Below, piece by piece: positions 14,090-26,696 of a stretch of DNA of 64,000 bases; positions within the stretch are counted from its first letter, which is position 1, and each line of letters starts with the position of its first letter. Location of the stretch: assembly GCA_964016885.1 (NCBI GenBank), contig OZ024752.1, positions 12,400,001 through 12,464,000 on the forward strand, in the 5' to 3' direction. Below the pieces are notes generated by a model. The model made no database searches. It worked only from the letters and a program-made list of their open reading frames with translations, and was not told the origin of the DNA. The position numbers and the translations under genes are program-made. The stretch comes from Eledone cirrhosa (lineage: Eukaryota).

Positions 14090-14305
14090 TTCTTTGAATG
14101 AATGAATATTACATAATTTATCTACTAAATTTCGTAACTCTTGATTAAATATAGATAATTTTATTGCTTATTTCAAGATTCACTTCTTTAAAATTTTCAA
14201 ATGTTAAAGAAGTGAATCTTTAAATAAGCAATAAAATTATCTATATTTAATCAAGAGTTACGAAATTTAGTAGATAAATTATGTAATATTCATTCATTCA
14301 AAGAA
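14090..14305. repeat. ~100-bp-arm inverted repeat with ~13-bp spacer
   Basis: TTCTTTGAATGAATG...CACTTCTTTAA versus TTAAAGAAGTG...CATTCATTCAAAGAA. Confidence 0.9.
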
Positions 14306-15739
14306 ATCCAACTTATTTTACAAACGGGATAAAAAATATATTCTGGACACAGCTCCACACTCCTCCCTTTATTATATTATCTCACTTAATATCGAATCTA
14401 CAAGATTTTGATGTTATTTATTTGGAGAAAAATACTTTAACATCAGTATGAGTGGCCAGTTACAGCCGGTTTGAGCAGAAAGAGGTAAAATAGTTCTGGC
14501 TGGGTACGACCAGTTTAAATGCTAAATCCAACCAGAATTCTCTCATCTCTTTCTGTTTACCAGTCGCTCATACTGATATTAAGGTATTTTTCTCACAATA
14601 AATAATTGAAAGTTGATTAAATCGACCCCAGTGTATTACTGGTACTTTATTTTATTGACCCCGTAAGGATGAAAGGCAAAGTTAACCTCGGCGGGATTTG
14701 AACTCAGAATGTAAAGGTCCATAACTATACTACAAATCATGGTGTCTGACACTCTAATAACAAAATCTCATCATCATCATCATCATCATCATTTTACGTC
14801 TGCTTTTCCCTGCTTGCAAGGGTTGGACTCATAGATTCGATATTATGAGAGATAATTATGTGAGGTAAAGCCTTTAGCATAAAAATACAACAGTAAATAT
14901 AGAGTAATGTAAATGTTAAAGGGTTAAAGAGCTTTTATCTATCCTGACAACATATCTGGATATTCAGATGGAAGTTTTATGTTCCATTGAAATAAGGATT
15001 TCTTTAGGCTGCGCCATACTTTGCTCAAATGGAACTGCATTTGGGCTATTTTTTTTTAAAGCTGGATGCCCTTGTTAATACCAACTTCCTTTACAGAGTG
15101 GAACTGGAGGACCCATTATGAGGGAGGGGTGTGGTCAGTAGGCCACACCATACCCTGCTTATAAGCAGATCTTTATTTGGGAGCTGGATGGACCTGTAAT
15201 GAGGTAGGTCTGGCTAGTTGGGTGCATCAAACCTTGCTCATAGTAGGACCTATGTGTTTTGGCTGGGCTATTTATGGCTGCTGGATGTTTATCCTACACC
15301 AAATTTCCAGTGTGGGACTGGGAGGTCACACTTATGAGGCAAGTCAGGTCAGTTGGCAATACTGTACCTTGCTCATACCATGTTTTTACAGCTGCTTCAC
15401 CTCCTCCCTAACATCAACCATGTTTATAGTGTGGAACTGGGAGGTCCCGTTATGAGGAGGGTCTGGCCAGCTGACCGCACCATACACTGCTTATAACGGA
15501 ACTGTATTTTGGGAGCTGGGTGGGTATGTTATGATGAAGGTCTGGCCAGTTGGCTGTTCCGTACTTTGCTCATAGTGGGACCGTGTTTTGGCTGGGATTT
15601 TATGACTGCCAAATGCCCTTCCTAAGCACAAACCCATTTACGCTGTGGGCTGGACTGGGTTGTTGGCTCAGGTCTTCTGTCATACATCATAACACCAGAG
15701 GTCTCGTTCCTGTGTCATCTGCATCGAGAGGTTCAGCTG

Positions 15740-16400
15740 TGACAGCTCAGCCTTTATCATTTCATCCCACATCTTCCTCTTCCAAAGTACCCTACAACTT
15801 TGAGTGCTCTGCACCGTTTTACAGCTGTCATCCTTCATGCATATCACATGCTCATACCATTACAGTCTTCTCTCCTGCACATAACATTTGATCCCTCTTA
15901 TGGCCAGTTTCGATCTCAATTCATTTACACTTCGCCATTCATGCACATAACTGTTACACAGCCATCAGAGCATATATACTTCATTTCTTTCCAATCTACG
16001 TAGATCCTCAGCACACAGTATCTAGTTTCACTTCCATGTAGCATTGTTGTTCACACACTGGTATCATATAGCTTGCCTTTTATCTTGAGTGAGAAACCTT
16101 TTATAGCTAGCAATGGCAGCAGCTCCTTGAACCTTTCCATCCCATCCAGACTCTGGCAACTCTACCTTCTGCACATCCACTTCCAATGTTGATTTCGTTT
16201 CACAGGTAGTAGAAACTAACAACTAGTTCTATGGAGTCTCTGTGCATTTAAAAGAACTTATTTTCTGAGGGATTTTGGTTACTGTCCATGTGCAACGTCC
16301 ACACATGAAATCTATGTTCTTTGCCAGCCTGCCTGATTTCCCACTACACCTCCTCTTGTGTACCTATAATTTGTATTTGGGACACAGGATTGAGTTTAGG
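15740..16400 (-). mobile_element. Degenerate RTE ORF 3' fragment
   Basis: Minus strand matches the RTE C-terminus (KGKLYD..LHGSET..WYEHVI). Confidence 0.8.
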
Positions 16401-16419
16401 TTAAGCTTTTTCAATTTAT

Positions 16420-16860
16420 CTTCATTCTTTTTTATGTCGGCCAACTACATTTTCCAGCCTGTGGCGTTCAAGACGTTTGGGGCAGTCGGGCTACTGGCTG
16501 TGAGATTCCTATCTTCACTGGCGGCTCGCTTACCAGAGGTAACTGGTGAAGCTCGTGAGGGCGCTTAGTTGTTCCAGCACCTCAGCCTCGCCATCACCCG
16601 AGCGTGCTGGCTTGCCTCGAAAATTATTAAATAGGTTTCCCAGTGCTCCTCGCGAGACCGTTATCTTTTGCTCTGGCAGCGGCTCTGTTGTCCACCCCTT
16701 TCGCCTGCCTTTTGTTGTATGTGGTCTCAGATGTGTGTGCTAATCGCTTATTTGCTTTCTTTTCTTTTTTGTTTTTCCTTTCCCTTTCATTATATTTGTT
16801 TGTGTTTTCGTTCTGTAAGCATTATATTATCATATTTCTTTTTATACTATGAATAAAAAT
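16420..16860 (+). mobile_element. CRE/NeSL-type (RLE endonuclease) non-LTR 3' fragment
   Basis: YIFQPVAFKTFGAVG...EVTGEAREGA*LFQHLSLAI resembles the FxPxAxETxG...QRLSxAIxRGN C-terminus of RLE elements. Confidence 0.7.
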
Positions 16861-17589
16861 ATCTTCTCATAGTATACATATATATTCTTTAATACTATAT
16901 TTTAGAGTACAAATACGATTAAATATTGCTAGGAACCTCACAAATACAACACACCAAAAGATATAACTAGAGCGAGAGAAAGACAGAGAAAGGGGGAAAC
17001 AAAAACGACCAATTCACCACCAAGTGCGACAATCGGCCACACAAAGCCTAGTTAATTACAGCACAGACAAATTGAATAATATTTATTTATAACAAAATAA
17101 CGAATTTCAACGTTTCTATACTAATTCCATAGCTTATTATTATATATACTATTATAAACACCTAGTATATTAGTTCAGCCATGCAGTAGACTATGATAGC
17201 TTCTTGTAAATATAAATAAATATAAATACGTAGCTTAGCCATTCGATAGATTATTACATAACAATTATCAAAGTATGATGAATAGGATGTGATTACTAGA
17301 TCACAAACGAACAGAACTGGAAGTTGTAGTACAACATGTTAAAAAATCCTTTATAATACATTATCTTAGATATATTTTATTTTATTTTAAACTAAGATTT
17401 ACGATCGGATACACAGTTATGGTAATATTTAACCACAACACTTTTGAAGTTCAAATATTTCGATAAGCAGCTGAAAAGCGAAAACTATATATATATATAT
17501 ATATATAAGTTTATCCCGAGTTCAATCAGGGGTAACCACAGTAAGTAAGGTATACAATACAAAGCAGAGTAGAAATATTTAATGTAGAA

Positions 17590-17642
17590 AGGCTTCTACA
17601 GGACTAGAACTGTTTCATTCGGAAGAAATCATCAGGAAGCCT
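17590..17642 (-). ncRNA. Type I hammerhead ribozyme, family A (complete)
   Basis: aggcttc CTGATGA t-ttc-ttcc-gaa-t GAA ACAG ttctagtc CTGT A gaagcct: 7-bp stem I and GUA cleavage triplet. It folds back into a + strand copy at 17641-17686. Confidence 0.85.
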
Positions 17643-17711
17643 GATGGTTTCTCCCGAATGAAATAGTTCTAGTCCTGTAGAAGCCTTTCTATATAAAATA
17701 TATATATATAT

Positions 17712-17905
17712 AGCAAAGATAGACAAACACGGATATATAATTATGTGTTCAAATCACAGGGGAAAGAAACCGGTGTCCCTTGTGATTTGAACACATATAG
17801 TTATATATCCGTGTTTGTCTCTCTTTACTGTAATATAAAGCTCGGAAAAAATTTTTCCTTGAGCTATTTTGATTTTAGGGGACTGTTGTGAGTTATTAAC
17901 TCACT
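17712..17905 (+). mobile_element. Fold-back pLTR-like cassette (family P) with hammerhead 3' half
   Basis: Inverted arms at about 17712-17762 and 17776-17830; GAA ACCGGT at the apex; bulged hairpin at 17840-17864; TA-rich flanks. Confidence 0.65.
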
Positions 17906-18301
17906 ATATACTTTTGATATATATATGTGTCTGTGTATATATATAAATATATATATATATCTTAAGTATGGTCATTTGGTACCCGGTAAGGGTAATTAGA
18001 CTCATACCAAGGTGAAAATGATCCTCTTCTGAGTATAAAGCATAACTGGGTATCGATGCCTCCCAGATGGACGTCAATACGAGAAGCGATACTTAAACTT
18101 GACTGAGTGGTTGGTCAACTCTTCGAGCCTTGACTTTAAAATGTCGAGTGTGGGTGCGTCAACTATTTCTTGTTTGAGGTTGTCCCAGTGATAAATCGAA
18201 ACAATTGTCTTTCATCAAATAAATGTTTCGAAGGAACTGTGACATCGAATTATTCAAATGCTGTTGTGAAATACATCTTTCATCTTCATCAATAGAATAG
18301 A

Positions 18302-18339
<38 letters not shown>

Positions 18340-18374
18340 AAAGAATAGAGGTGTAACACACAAGTTATTATATA

Positions 18375-18766
18375 TTGGTAAACGGAATAGAAAATGCTGA
18401 CAAATTGTTCACAGTTGAAAAATGGTTTAATTAGGAATAAAAGAGTATTAGTGATTGTATGGGTTAGTATTCAGTTGTGGTTTTAAGTTTTTAAGTTTTT
18501 ACCGGTTGCGCATTTCTAAATGCTTTTCAAAAATAATTTTGAGATAGAGTGTCCGTGCTGTTTGCTCTGATCAGAGCAAACAGCACGGACACTCTATCTC
18601 AAAATTATTTTTGAAAAGCATTTAGAAATGCGCAACCGGTAAAAACTTAAAAACTTAAAACCACAACTGAATACTAACCCATACAATCACTAATACTCTT
18701 TTATTCCTAATTAAACCATTTTTCAACTGTGAACAATTTGTCAGCATTTTCTATTCCGTTTACCAA
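18375..18766. repeat. Perfect spacerless 392-bp palindrome with TA-rich flanks (family M)
   Basis: Apex TCTGA|TCAGA at 18570/18571. A single arm recurs at 38795-38992. Confidence 0.95.
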
Positions 18767-18779
18767 TATATATATATAT

Positions 18780-18950
18780 ATAGGAACGAGTAGGACTGAG
18801 CTCAAGCCGTTTCGACGGCTAATTCTGGACTAAATTAGTTCAGAATTACCCGTCGGGGTCCTACTCGTTCCTATTATCCACTCTACTACCCTAAGTATTG
18901 AGTACTTTGGTGCGTTATGGTCAATCTGGTTCCTTACCACATTTCCTTCG

Positions 18951-18951
<1 letters not shown>
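18780..18951 (+). mobile_element. Fold-back pLTR-like cassette, family N
   Basis: Homologous to 30910-31096 and 33812-33985. Carries a hammerhead 3' half (GAA ACGG...CCGT C, best seen at 31078-31100) and the hairpin at 18880-18906; (TA)n flanks. Confidence 0.75.
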
Positions 18952-18990
<39 letters not shown>

Positions 18991-19208
18991 GAAGTATTTC
19001 CGTAGGAAAGGTAAAGGAAAAGATATATATATATATATATATATATTCATTTTATTAGCTAAATATGGTGTTTCTAATTGCTAATACTCTCTATCGGTCG
19101 CAACGCCAGGTAAGAAGGAGCAACGTGAAATAAAGTGTCTTGCTCAAGGACAACGCATCGCCTGGTCCGCGAATCCAATTCTCTAACCACTCAGCCACGC
19201 GCCTCCAA

Positions 19209-19262
<54 letters not shown>

Positions 19263-19502
19263 ACACGGGTGTGTATGATTGTGTATAGAAGATTATATTA
19301 ATAAAAGGAATTCCAACTTTGTCTGATTTACTCGTTTTATTTACAATCCTTTAAAATTTATAATGGTATTAGAATGAAATAGCATGATAGAATATTAAAT
19401 GTTAAGTGTTAATTGAACAAGTACTTTCATGCTTTCGCAATCTTCAAGTTCATAAGGTTTTCAACAGTTGAAAATTGCAAACTTGACTGTCACCACACAT
19501 TA

Positions 19503-19541
19503 TGAACCTGAAGATTGCGAAAGTATGAAAGTACTTGTTCA
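19503..19541 (+). ncRNA. Type I hammerhead ribozyme, family D; inverted copy at 19414-19452(-)
   Basis: tgaac CTGAAGA t-tgc-gaaa-gta-t GAA AGTACT T gttca, with palindromic stem III. It lies within an inverted repeat, 19294-19455 versus 19500-19660. Confidence 0.85.
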
Positions 19542-19653
19542 ATTAACACTTAACATTTAATATTCTATCATGCTATTTCATTCTAATACCATTATAAATT
19601 TTAAAAGATTGTAAATAAAACGAGTAAATCAGACAAAGTTGGAATTCCTTTTA

Positions 19654-19690
<37 letters not shown>

Positions 19691-20339
19691 TAGTAGACCA
19701 AAACCCAGTTTCTAATATTCAATAATGTTGTGACTATTACTTTAATAAATATATGTTGTATGCTTATTAGTATAAATATAAATATGTATATAAACGTTTG
19801 TTTGTTTTCTTTTTACGATCAATACGAAACTGAATTTACGATATATGATGAATTATTTAGAAGTGGAACATCGACAACATATAAGAAGAGAAAAAAACAA
19901 TACATTAAACAATATAATGAAAATAAACAGACAAACCATTAAAGTGGTGATTGTTTCGCTATTCATCACGATAGATTTGTTTACCAAATCCTAGAGTGAG
20001 CTGATTGTCGACTGAACCACTAACTCTCAATCGCCCACGTAAATAAAACAATAACAGGTCCTTGCAGTACGGTTTTAAAAACAAAATTATTCCTCTCCGT
20101 TAATCTTCGGAATATTCCGTAATCAGTTGAATCACGTTGATGTTTTTCGTTTTTGTTTTGTCTTTTATTTATTGTTTTTTTTTTATTTCCTATAACGTCA
20201 TGAGGACATGTGTTCAATTGAAACCAGCTGATCACTAAGGTACAATAACAACTTCCTCATTTCGTATCGAAATAAGGTCACAAACTGTGACTAACCAACC
20301 TCTTCTTAATATATATCAACGGAGCTTCGTCGGTGTCGA

Positions 20340-20510
20340 CGATCAATGTTTCAGTTGTTCGATCAACGGAACAGCCTGTTCATGAAATTAACTTGTAAGT
20401 GGTTGAGCATTCCATAGACACGTGTATCTACAATGTAAATTCTTAGGAGGATCCAACATGACTCACAGTGAGACAAAACTGGTTGCTCCTTTCAATAGCA
20501 GGTACAGTCC
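20340..20510. mobile_element. SINE-like interspersed repeat fragment
   Basis: GATCAACGGAACAGCCTG...GAAATTAAC..G.AAGTGG.TGAGCA.TCCA.AGACACGTGTA resembles a common octopus repeat. This is from recollection only; it is single-copy here. Confidence 0.4.
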
Positions 20511-21479
20511 ATCCGACCGACTTACAAACAATTTCTGTTAAACCAATTCCACGCAGAAAACGCGAGCCTACCCGACGCTATTGTAAATGACACATCTCCT
20601 AAATAAAACGCAGTAAGTTAGAACCTGGGAACTCCTTAACAATGTAGCCATACTGTACCCACTCCAATTAAAATTACACACATAATTGACAAGAAGTAGG
20701 GTCTTTTTTTTTTTTTTTTTTTTACAGTATCTACAACTAGAGGTTTATTTACAAGCAGGGTCTTGTGTGTAATTTTAAAAAAAACCAAAGTCTTGTTACA
20801 TAATGGTTTCTACTAATTATAAGAAATGTTTTTATTAACATAAACAATTATTACTTTTATTAAATACCATAACAAATGGGAGTGAAAATATGAACACAAA
20901 TGATATATACAAAGCATATAATATCTAATTTCCTATCGCGCTAATCCTCACTACATCGCCGATTTTTCGTGAGAACATATCTATTTTCTTATCGCGGTAC
21001 GTACGTCTGAATAAAAAGTGTTTAAATTTTAAACTTATTAAATAAGTTTCGATGTGATTGAAGTTTATGACGTAAGGAAAGGGCTTTAACTATAAAAACA
21101 TGTTTTTATTTTTCATTCCATTACTGTTTTACTGATTGTGTTTTTCTCTAATCTACTACAAATGCTTCATAGATTGACGGGAGATGTGCAAGTGGACATC
21201 GTGATTGGCAATAGTCCTCATTGGTAACTAATGGTACCATGGTTGGTGGTAGTTTCTATACGATCGTTATTGACTGTTTTGGGGTGTTACAATACAAAAG
21301 TGTGTTTTAATGAGTTCATATGTACTTTTGTATAGAGTTCATAATACCTTTCCTACCGGCTTTGAGGTCATATGTACTAAAAGCATGTAGGAAAGGTATT
21401 TTAAGGCTTAAACTATGAAAACAATGGTTGTCTTTATGGTTTCTCTATATCGCGGATTTTCATTTATCGCGGTTGGTTG

Positions 21480-21852
21480 TGGAACGTATCCTCCTCTATA
21501 ATGGATGGGTGCTACACGAGAATGCTGAGGGTGGCTCTGAACATTAATCAGTATAAACTAAGAACGAAGAACTCAGCTGTACGGGAGCGTCCCAAAAGTC
21601 AGCTCGAGAGTAGCACAGAGGAGACTGAGGTTAGCTGGACATGCTCACCGACATCCAGTGTTAACACTGCACTCGGTGCTCCTGTGGGAGCCCCTGCATG
21701 GACACACTGGAAGGGGAAGACCGAGGTTGACATATGTTGATGCCCTAAGGACAGACACTGGTTTCTGAGAGACGCAGGACATGGCAGCGATGATGAAAGA
21801 CAGACCGCTGGAGAGAACTCGTCCATGGTTCTCGGGAATTTTACCCGCCCTA
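21480..21852 (+). mobile_element. RTE-like LINE 3' end (third family)
   Basis: DGCYTRMLRVALNI...[17 protein letters not shown]. Homologous minus-strand copy at 40765-40948. Confidence 0.85.
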
Positions 21853-21904
21853 GATATATATATACATATATATATAATATATAAAAATCAATACAATATA
21901 ATTA

Positions 21905-21960
21905 CCTCATTACCAGAGGTTTCCCGAATGAGGCGAATACGAAAGAAACGTCAGACGAGG
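21905..21960 (-). ncRNA. Type I hammerhead motif (family J, core CTGACGT) at the 3' end of the Penelope-like element
   Basis: cctcgt CTGACGT ... GAA ACC tct GGT A atgagg: 6-bp stem I with one core substitution. Confidence 0.7.
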
Positions 21961-22657
21961 CAATATAAAACATGGGTAAATACTTGGAAAGTCTCATCAA
22001 GAAAAGCAAAAAAACAAAAAAGATATAGACAAATGAATTAGAATATGAAATATATAATAATCTTTCAAGAAATATAGTTAGGTGTGTGTATATGTATGTA
22101 TATACGCTCACAGATGTGCATATATGTGTATGCACATGTGTATACGTATAGTGAAAAAGTGTGCGTAAATATATAATTTAGGGCAAATGTATCTGTATGT
22201 CTGTAATCTACAGACAGAATAGATACATCATAAGAATATGAAGGCACGCGCATAAACACACCTACACACACGTACACTTATATGCGGAAGTAAAAGAGGT
22301 AAGGGAGTGTAATAATTAAAGGAAAGTATCAATCTCGATATATTTATAAAAATGGAACAATAAATTTAGAAAGAAAAAATTAAAGGAAAGAAGACAAAAA
22401 AGGTACATACATACACACACACGTATATTTCACAAAAGAAACGCAAAAATATACATGCTTATATACACACGCACCCTTACACATCCATACGTTCGATACG
22501 TACACACACACACACACATACTTACACTCACGCATATTGACTTGTTTGCATGCACACGCCTAAAAATGAGTAAGTAAAAAAAGAGGGGAGAAGAAAAAAG
22601 GAACAAAACATAAAACCTAGATGTAAAAACACGGATATAAAGACACATACACATACG

Positions 22658-22700
<43 letters not shown>

Positions 22701-23119
22701 GCACGCGCGCGCACATACGTAGTCGCTCATGTACATATATAGAAATTATACACACATTAAGGCGTTCAGCCACATTGATACAGGGTGTAAAAAACTTGTG
22801 GATAAGTAAGTACAAATATAAAATTGTAAGATTGGCTGCGCAAAAATAAAAAAATAAAAATAAAAATGAAAAATATATCTGGAGTGGAAAACACAAATGA
22901 CAAGTCTAATCAGTTAGTGAAGGAAATAGGGAAGTAAAAAATGGAAAGTGAAAATATTAGGTAAGTGAATCGGAGAATAAAGGGGGGGGGGGGGGGTATT
23001 GGTGGATGTGAAGTAAAATTAAAAAAATTTAATATAAAAATAAAAATAAATGAAATTAATGATAAGGATAAAAATGAAAGTAAGTCAGAAAGGGTAATTA
23101 AAAAGAGAATAATAAGAGT

Positions 23120-23600
23120 TTATGGAGGATAAGTATCTGAAAGTGTGTTAAGTTCATATGAGCTGGAAAGCAGGTGTGATTTCATGTGTGGGCAACTGGT
23201 GAAAATTTCCGTCTTTGTGTTCAGGCAGGTCTTTGGTGATTTTAGATTTTGCAATATCCAATATTTTTCATTTATGCAGAGCGTGCATTTTCTTGTTCCT
23301 CTAGCATATTCTTTAGATTGGTTCAAAATTGACCAATCTAATTTATATTGGATGCCTTGGTCTTTCAAATCCCCAATTCTGCTAGCCAGAGCTGTTGTAA
23401 ATCTTTTTTCTGGATGTCGAAAGGATGCGACATGTGAGTAATAACGCGTTTTGAATTTGTCTTGCGTCATACCCACATATCGTTCACTGGTGGCTGGGTG
23501 GTTGTTGCTGATGGTTGTCACTTTAGCCGCATATACAATGGCTTTGGTGTTGCATTTACCTTGTAATGGGCATTCACTTTTGATTCTACAGGAGCAAGTT
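23120..23600 (-). CDS. Penelope-type GIY-YIG endonuclease domain
   Basis: AIVYAAKV...YVGMT...FKTRYYSH...CTLC..EK...CPH. Confidence 0.85.
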
Positions 23601-23769
23601 TGATTTTCTCTAGGTGATATTTTGTTGATGATATAGGACTTAATAGGGGGACCGCAGGAATAGCTAATTTTGACACAGTTTCTGTTAAAGATCTTATAGT
23701 ATCTATGTGTTCTAGGGAAATGTTTATCTAGGAGCTCAATGAATTTTTTGCCTACATTAGTTTTAACTG

Positions 23770-24405
23770 CTAGAGAGTAGGGGGGGGGGGGGGGGGTAAC
23801 CAGATTATTTTTCTTTTCCTGTTTTTATGTTTAATAGAGTTAGTATAGTTGGGTATGTATTTAATCGGTTCGCTAAAACCGCTATTTTGGAGGGCTTTAT
23901 TATAGTATGCCTTATTAAAAATAGCTTCTGAGGAAGAGAGGGTGGAGATCCTACGGCTAATATTAGGGATAAGGTTTTTAAAAACTATAGGTGGATGGCA
24001 AGAGCCTTTATTTATATATTTTAAGTTTTCATTAGGTTTATGGTATGGTTTATAAGAAGCAGTAGGCAAATCTAGGTTTATATCTAGGAAATCTACGTTG
24101 GAAAGGTTAGTGTCAATAGTAATTTTAAGATTAAAACTAGCGAAGGTTTTTATTAAGTCTTTCCTTAATCTATCTAAGTTATGGCCTATGGTGGTATGGG
24201 AAAGTATTAGACCATCGTCGCGATAAAGCCCAAAAATATGGTTAGGAAATTTTTCATTAAGTGTATGTAGGAGGAATAGGCCGACCAGACCACAAACATC
24301 AGCACTGTCGTAAGAGCCCATTGAGACATCGAATGGGTTCTCTGGGTTAGATATTTTTACCCAAGTGTCATTATCATTAAAAAGTAGAGTGTTTCTAGCG
24401 TGCAA
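23770..24405 (-). pseudogene. Penelope-like reverse transcriptase fragment
   Basis: 211-aa ORF with YRDDGL catalytic motif; frameshift at the G-run near 23780; 5' truncated. Confidence 0.9.
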
Positions 24406-24444
24406 GATGACATTCTCTTCAATATCGGAGATATTAGTAAACGC

Positions 24445-25010
24445 TGGCCAGCTCAGCGCCTATGGTGGTGAGTAGGAAGGTAACCCTAGAGCCGAGGACA
24501 CCAGAAGTCTCCACTGCCAAGGGTACAACTGCAAACCTGTCGGAGAGCGACCGGTATTTTAAGAGTTTGCCCTCCTCAGCCCGACGTGCAGCAGAACCTG
24601 GGTTAGTTTGGTATGGAAGGACAGATCTGGCTGTATGGGGAAAGTAGAGGAAAGGACTATGAAAGCCATAAATGAGAGGAAAAGCAAGGACCCTAGAGCC
24701 ACAGAAGAAGGGGAGGGGAGGTTAATAGGGCGCGGTATTGTTGGGGCTGTGCCCCGCGGACAGGGCCGCAAAAGTATTCCCTCGGACAATGGCTAGCGAC
24801 ACCCGCTGCAACAACTACCCCACATCGCAAGGCTCCTTCCTCAGACGGGCTGCTGACGTTCCTATCTTGCCTAGGAGTTCGACAGTGCGGGGTCCGAGGG
24901 ACCAGTGCAAAGAGGAAGTGGCCAGATAATCCCTGGTATTTGTTTGTCTTCCCTTCCTCTGCCTTGCGGGCCGCATTACCGCTATTTGTGGCCGAAGCGA
25001 CTAAGTTGGA
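24445..25010 (-). mobile_element. CRE-type RLE non-LTR 3' fragment
   Basis: AARKAEEGKTNKYQGLSGHFLF, then in another frame LLQRVSLAIVRGNTFA. Homologous + strand fragment at 54720-54935 (WLLQQVSLAIICGNAF). Confidence 0.7.
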
Positions 25011-25408
25011 TAAAATAATTAAATTTTTCAAGGGAAGTAATTCTTGCTTAAAAAGTAGAGTTATATATCTTTAAACACTCCAAACGAGCCTATAAGAGAA
25101 TATTCTTCTGAAATAGCAGTCAAATCTCCCTCAGATCATACAAAAAGGAGACACTGGACAATGTTGTCCATGGTATATACATAAAGACAAGATGTTTTAC
25201 AACTAAAATTATTTTGGGTAAACGTATAGAATAGCAAACCAATGTAAGGGAGGTAATTTGGAAAAAAAGTTTTTTTTCGAAATGCGTATCTATGTTAACT
25301 ATATATATGTGTGGTATACATATAGGTATTAACTATATATGTGTGTATATATATAATTGTTTCTACTTTTGGCACGGGTGTTAACTCTGTGTATATATAG
25401 ATGTTAAC

Positions 25409-25457
<49 letters not shown>

Positions 25458-25482
25458 AATGAAGTAATTCCGTCGGAAATGG

Positions 25483-26001
25483 GTGAAGTCCAAAATCACC
25501 AGTTCAAACCGTACGAGAATAAATCCAGGATGCAGTTGCAGGAAGCCGGATGAATGCCCATTGCAGGGTAAATGTAACACCAAATCTGTCGTTTATGAGG
25601 CTAAGATAACACCGGTAATCAACAACCAGCCAGCCAGGAGTGAGCGATATGTCGGTATGACCCAGGACAGGTTTAAAACCAGATTTTACTCACATGTCGC
25701 TTCTTTTAAGCACTCCGATAAACGAACATCAACGGCCCTCGCAAGTAAGGTGTGGGAACTCAAGGATAGTAACATCCCGTACTCTATTGATTGGTCTATA
25801 TTAGACCATTCGAGAGAGTACCAAAGGGGCACAAAGAATTGTTCTTTGTGTACCACAGAAAAGTATAGGATTTTGCTAAACTTGAGAGCCACTTCCGCTT
25901 GCCTTAACTCAAAGACTGAGATCTTCAGATGCTGTCCTCATCTGAAATCGCATCTGATCTGTAACTGGATTGACACTCCTATGATAAATCAACCGCCTTG
26001 A
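25483..26001 (+). CDS. Penelope-like GIY-YIG endonuclease (5'-truncated second PLE)
   Basis: CSCRKPDECPLQGKC, SVVYEAK...YVGMTQDRFKTRFYSH, CSLCTTEK, CCPH. Followed by a long (TA/TG)n-rich 3' UTR. Confidence 0.9.
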   Translation: MKSKITSSNRTRINPGCSCRKPDECPLQGKCNTKSVVYEAKITPVINNQPARSERYVGMTQDRFKTRFYSHVASFKHSDKRTSTALASKVWELKDSNIPYSIDWSILDHSREYQRGTKNCSLCTTEKYRILLNLRATSACLNSKTEIFRCCPHLKSHLICNWIDTPMINQPP

Positions 26002-26190
26002 TCTCCTTCTCTGCTCTTTACTTCTGCTACGGTTTTTATTTCGCTGATTCTACGTTCTGTACTCTTGTATATTTACTTATTTTTTTCTCCCTTACCTCCC
26101 CTTATATTTCACCTTTTCTTATGTCCCCCCCCCCCCATATATTCTTTTTGCCTTGCCCTTCACATACCTATGCGTATGTGTATGTATATT

Positions 26191-26238
<48 letters not shown>

Positions 26239-26450
26239 TATATATATATATGTATGTGTGTGTATGTGTATATATATGTATATATTTGTGTATGTATATG
26301 TGGATAGATCAGGTTTTTTTCATTCTGAAGATTGAAGGAAAAATTTACTACTATATATATGTATATGTAAGGTTCATATGAATTATCTAAGACTGAGTTT
26401 TACATATACACACATGTATGTGTGTGTGTGTATGTGTATGCATGTGTATA

Positions 26451-26495
<45 letters not shown>

Positions 26496-26641
26496 GCGTG
26501 TGTATATATATATATGTATGTGTGTGTGTGTTTGTATTTGGTTGTGCGTGTTTATGATATGTACGTATTTGTATGTGTATAATTGTTTAGCTATGTATGG
26601 TTATGTGTGTGTATGTATACATATATGTGTGTGTGTGTGTT

Positions 26642-26696
<55 letters not shown>

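Larger units (their letters stand above)
21870..24440 (-). mobile_element. Penelope-like element: RT + CxCx5C linker + C-terminal GIY-YIG, microsatellite-rich 3' UTR, terminal hammerhead
   Basis: RT at 23770-24405 (GSYDSADVCGLVG, YRDDGL, VDFLDINL); linker CSCRIKSECPLQGKC; GIY-YIG at 23120-23521 (YVGMT..FKTRYYSH, CTLCINEK, SCPH); hammerhead at 21905-21960. Confidence 0.9.

Noticed and set aside
17960-18300. TA-flanked segment with GAAACAATTGTC (+) and TTGATGA...GAAACAT (-)
   Set aside because: It has partial hammerhead-like words on both strands but no consistent fold; left unclassified.
20930-21495. Tigger/pogo-like terminal motifs (TATCGCGG repeats)
   Set aside because: TIR boundaries and TSD could not be defined.
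26318-26400. CTGAAGA...GAAA downstream of the + GIY-YIG ORF as a hammerhead
   Set aside because: I could not build a convincing stem I or stem II; possibly decayed.
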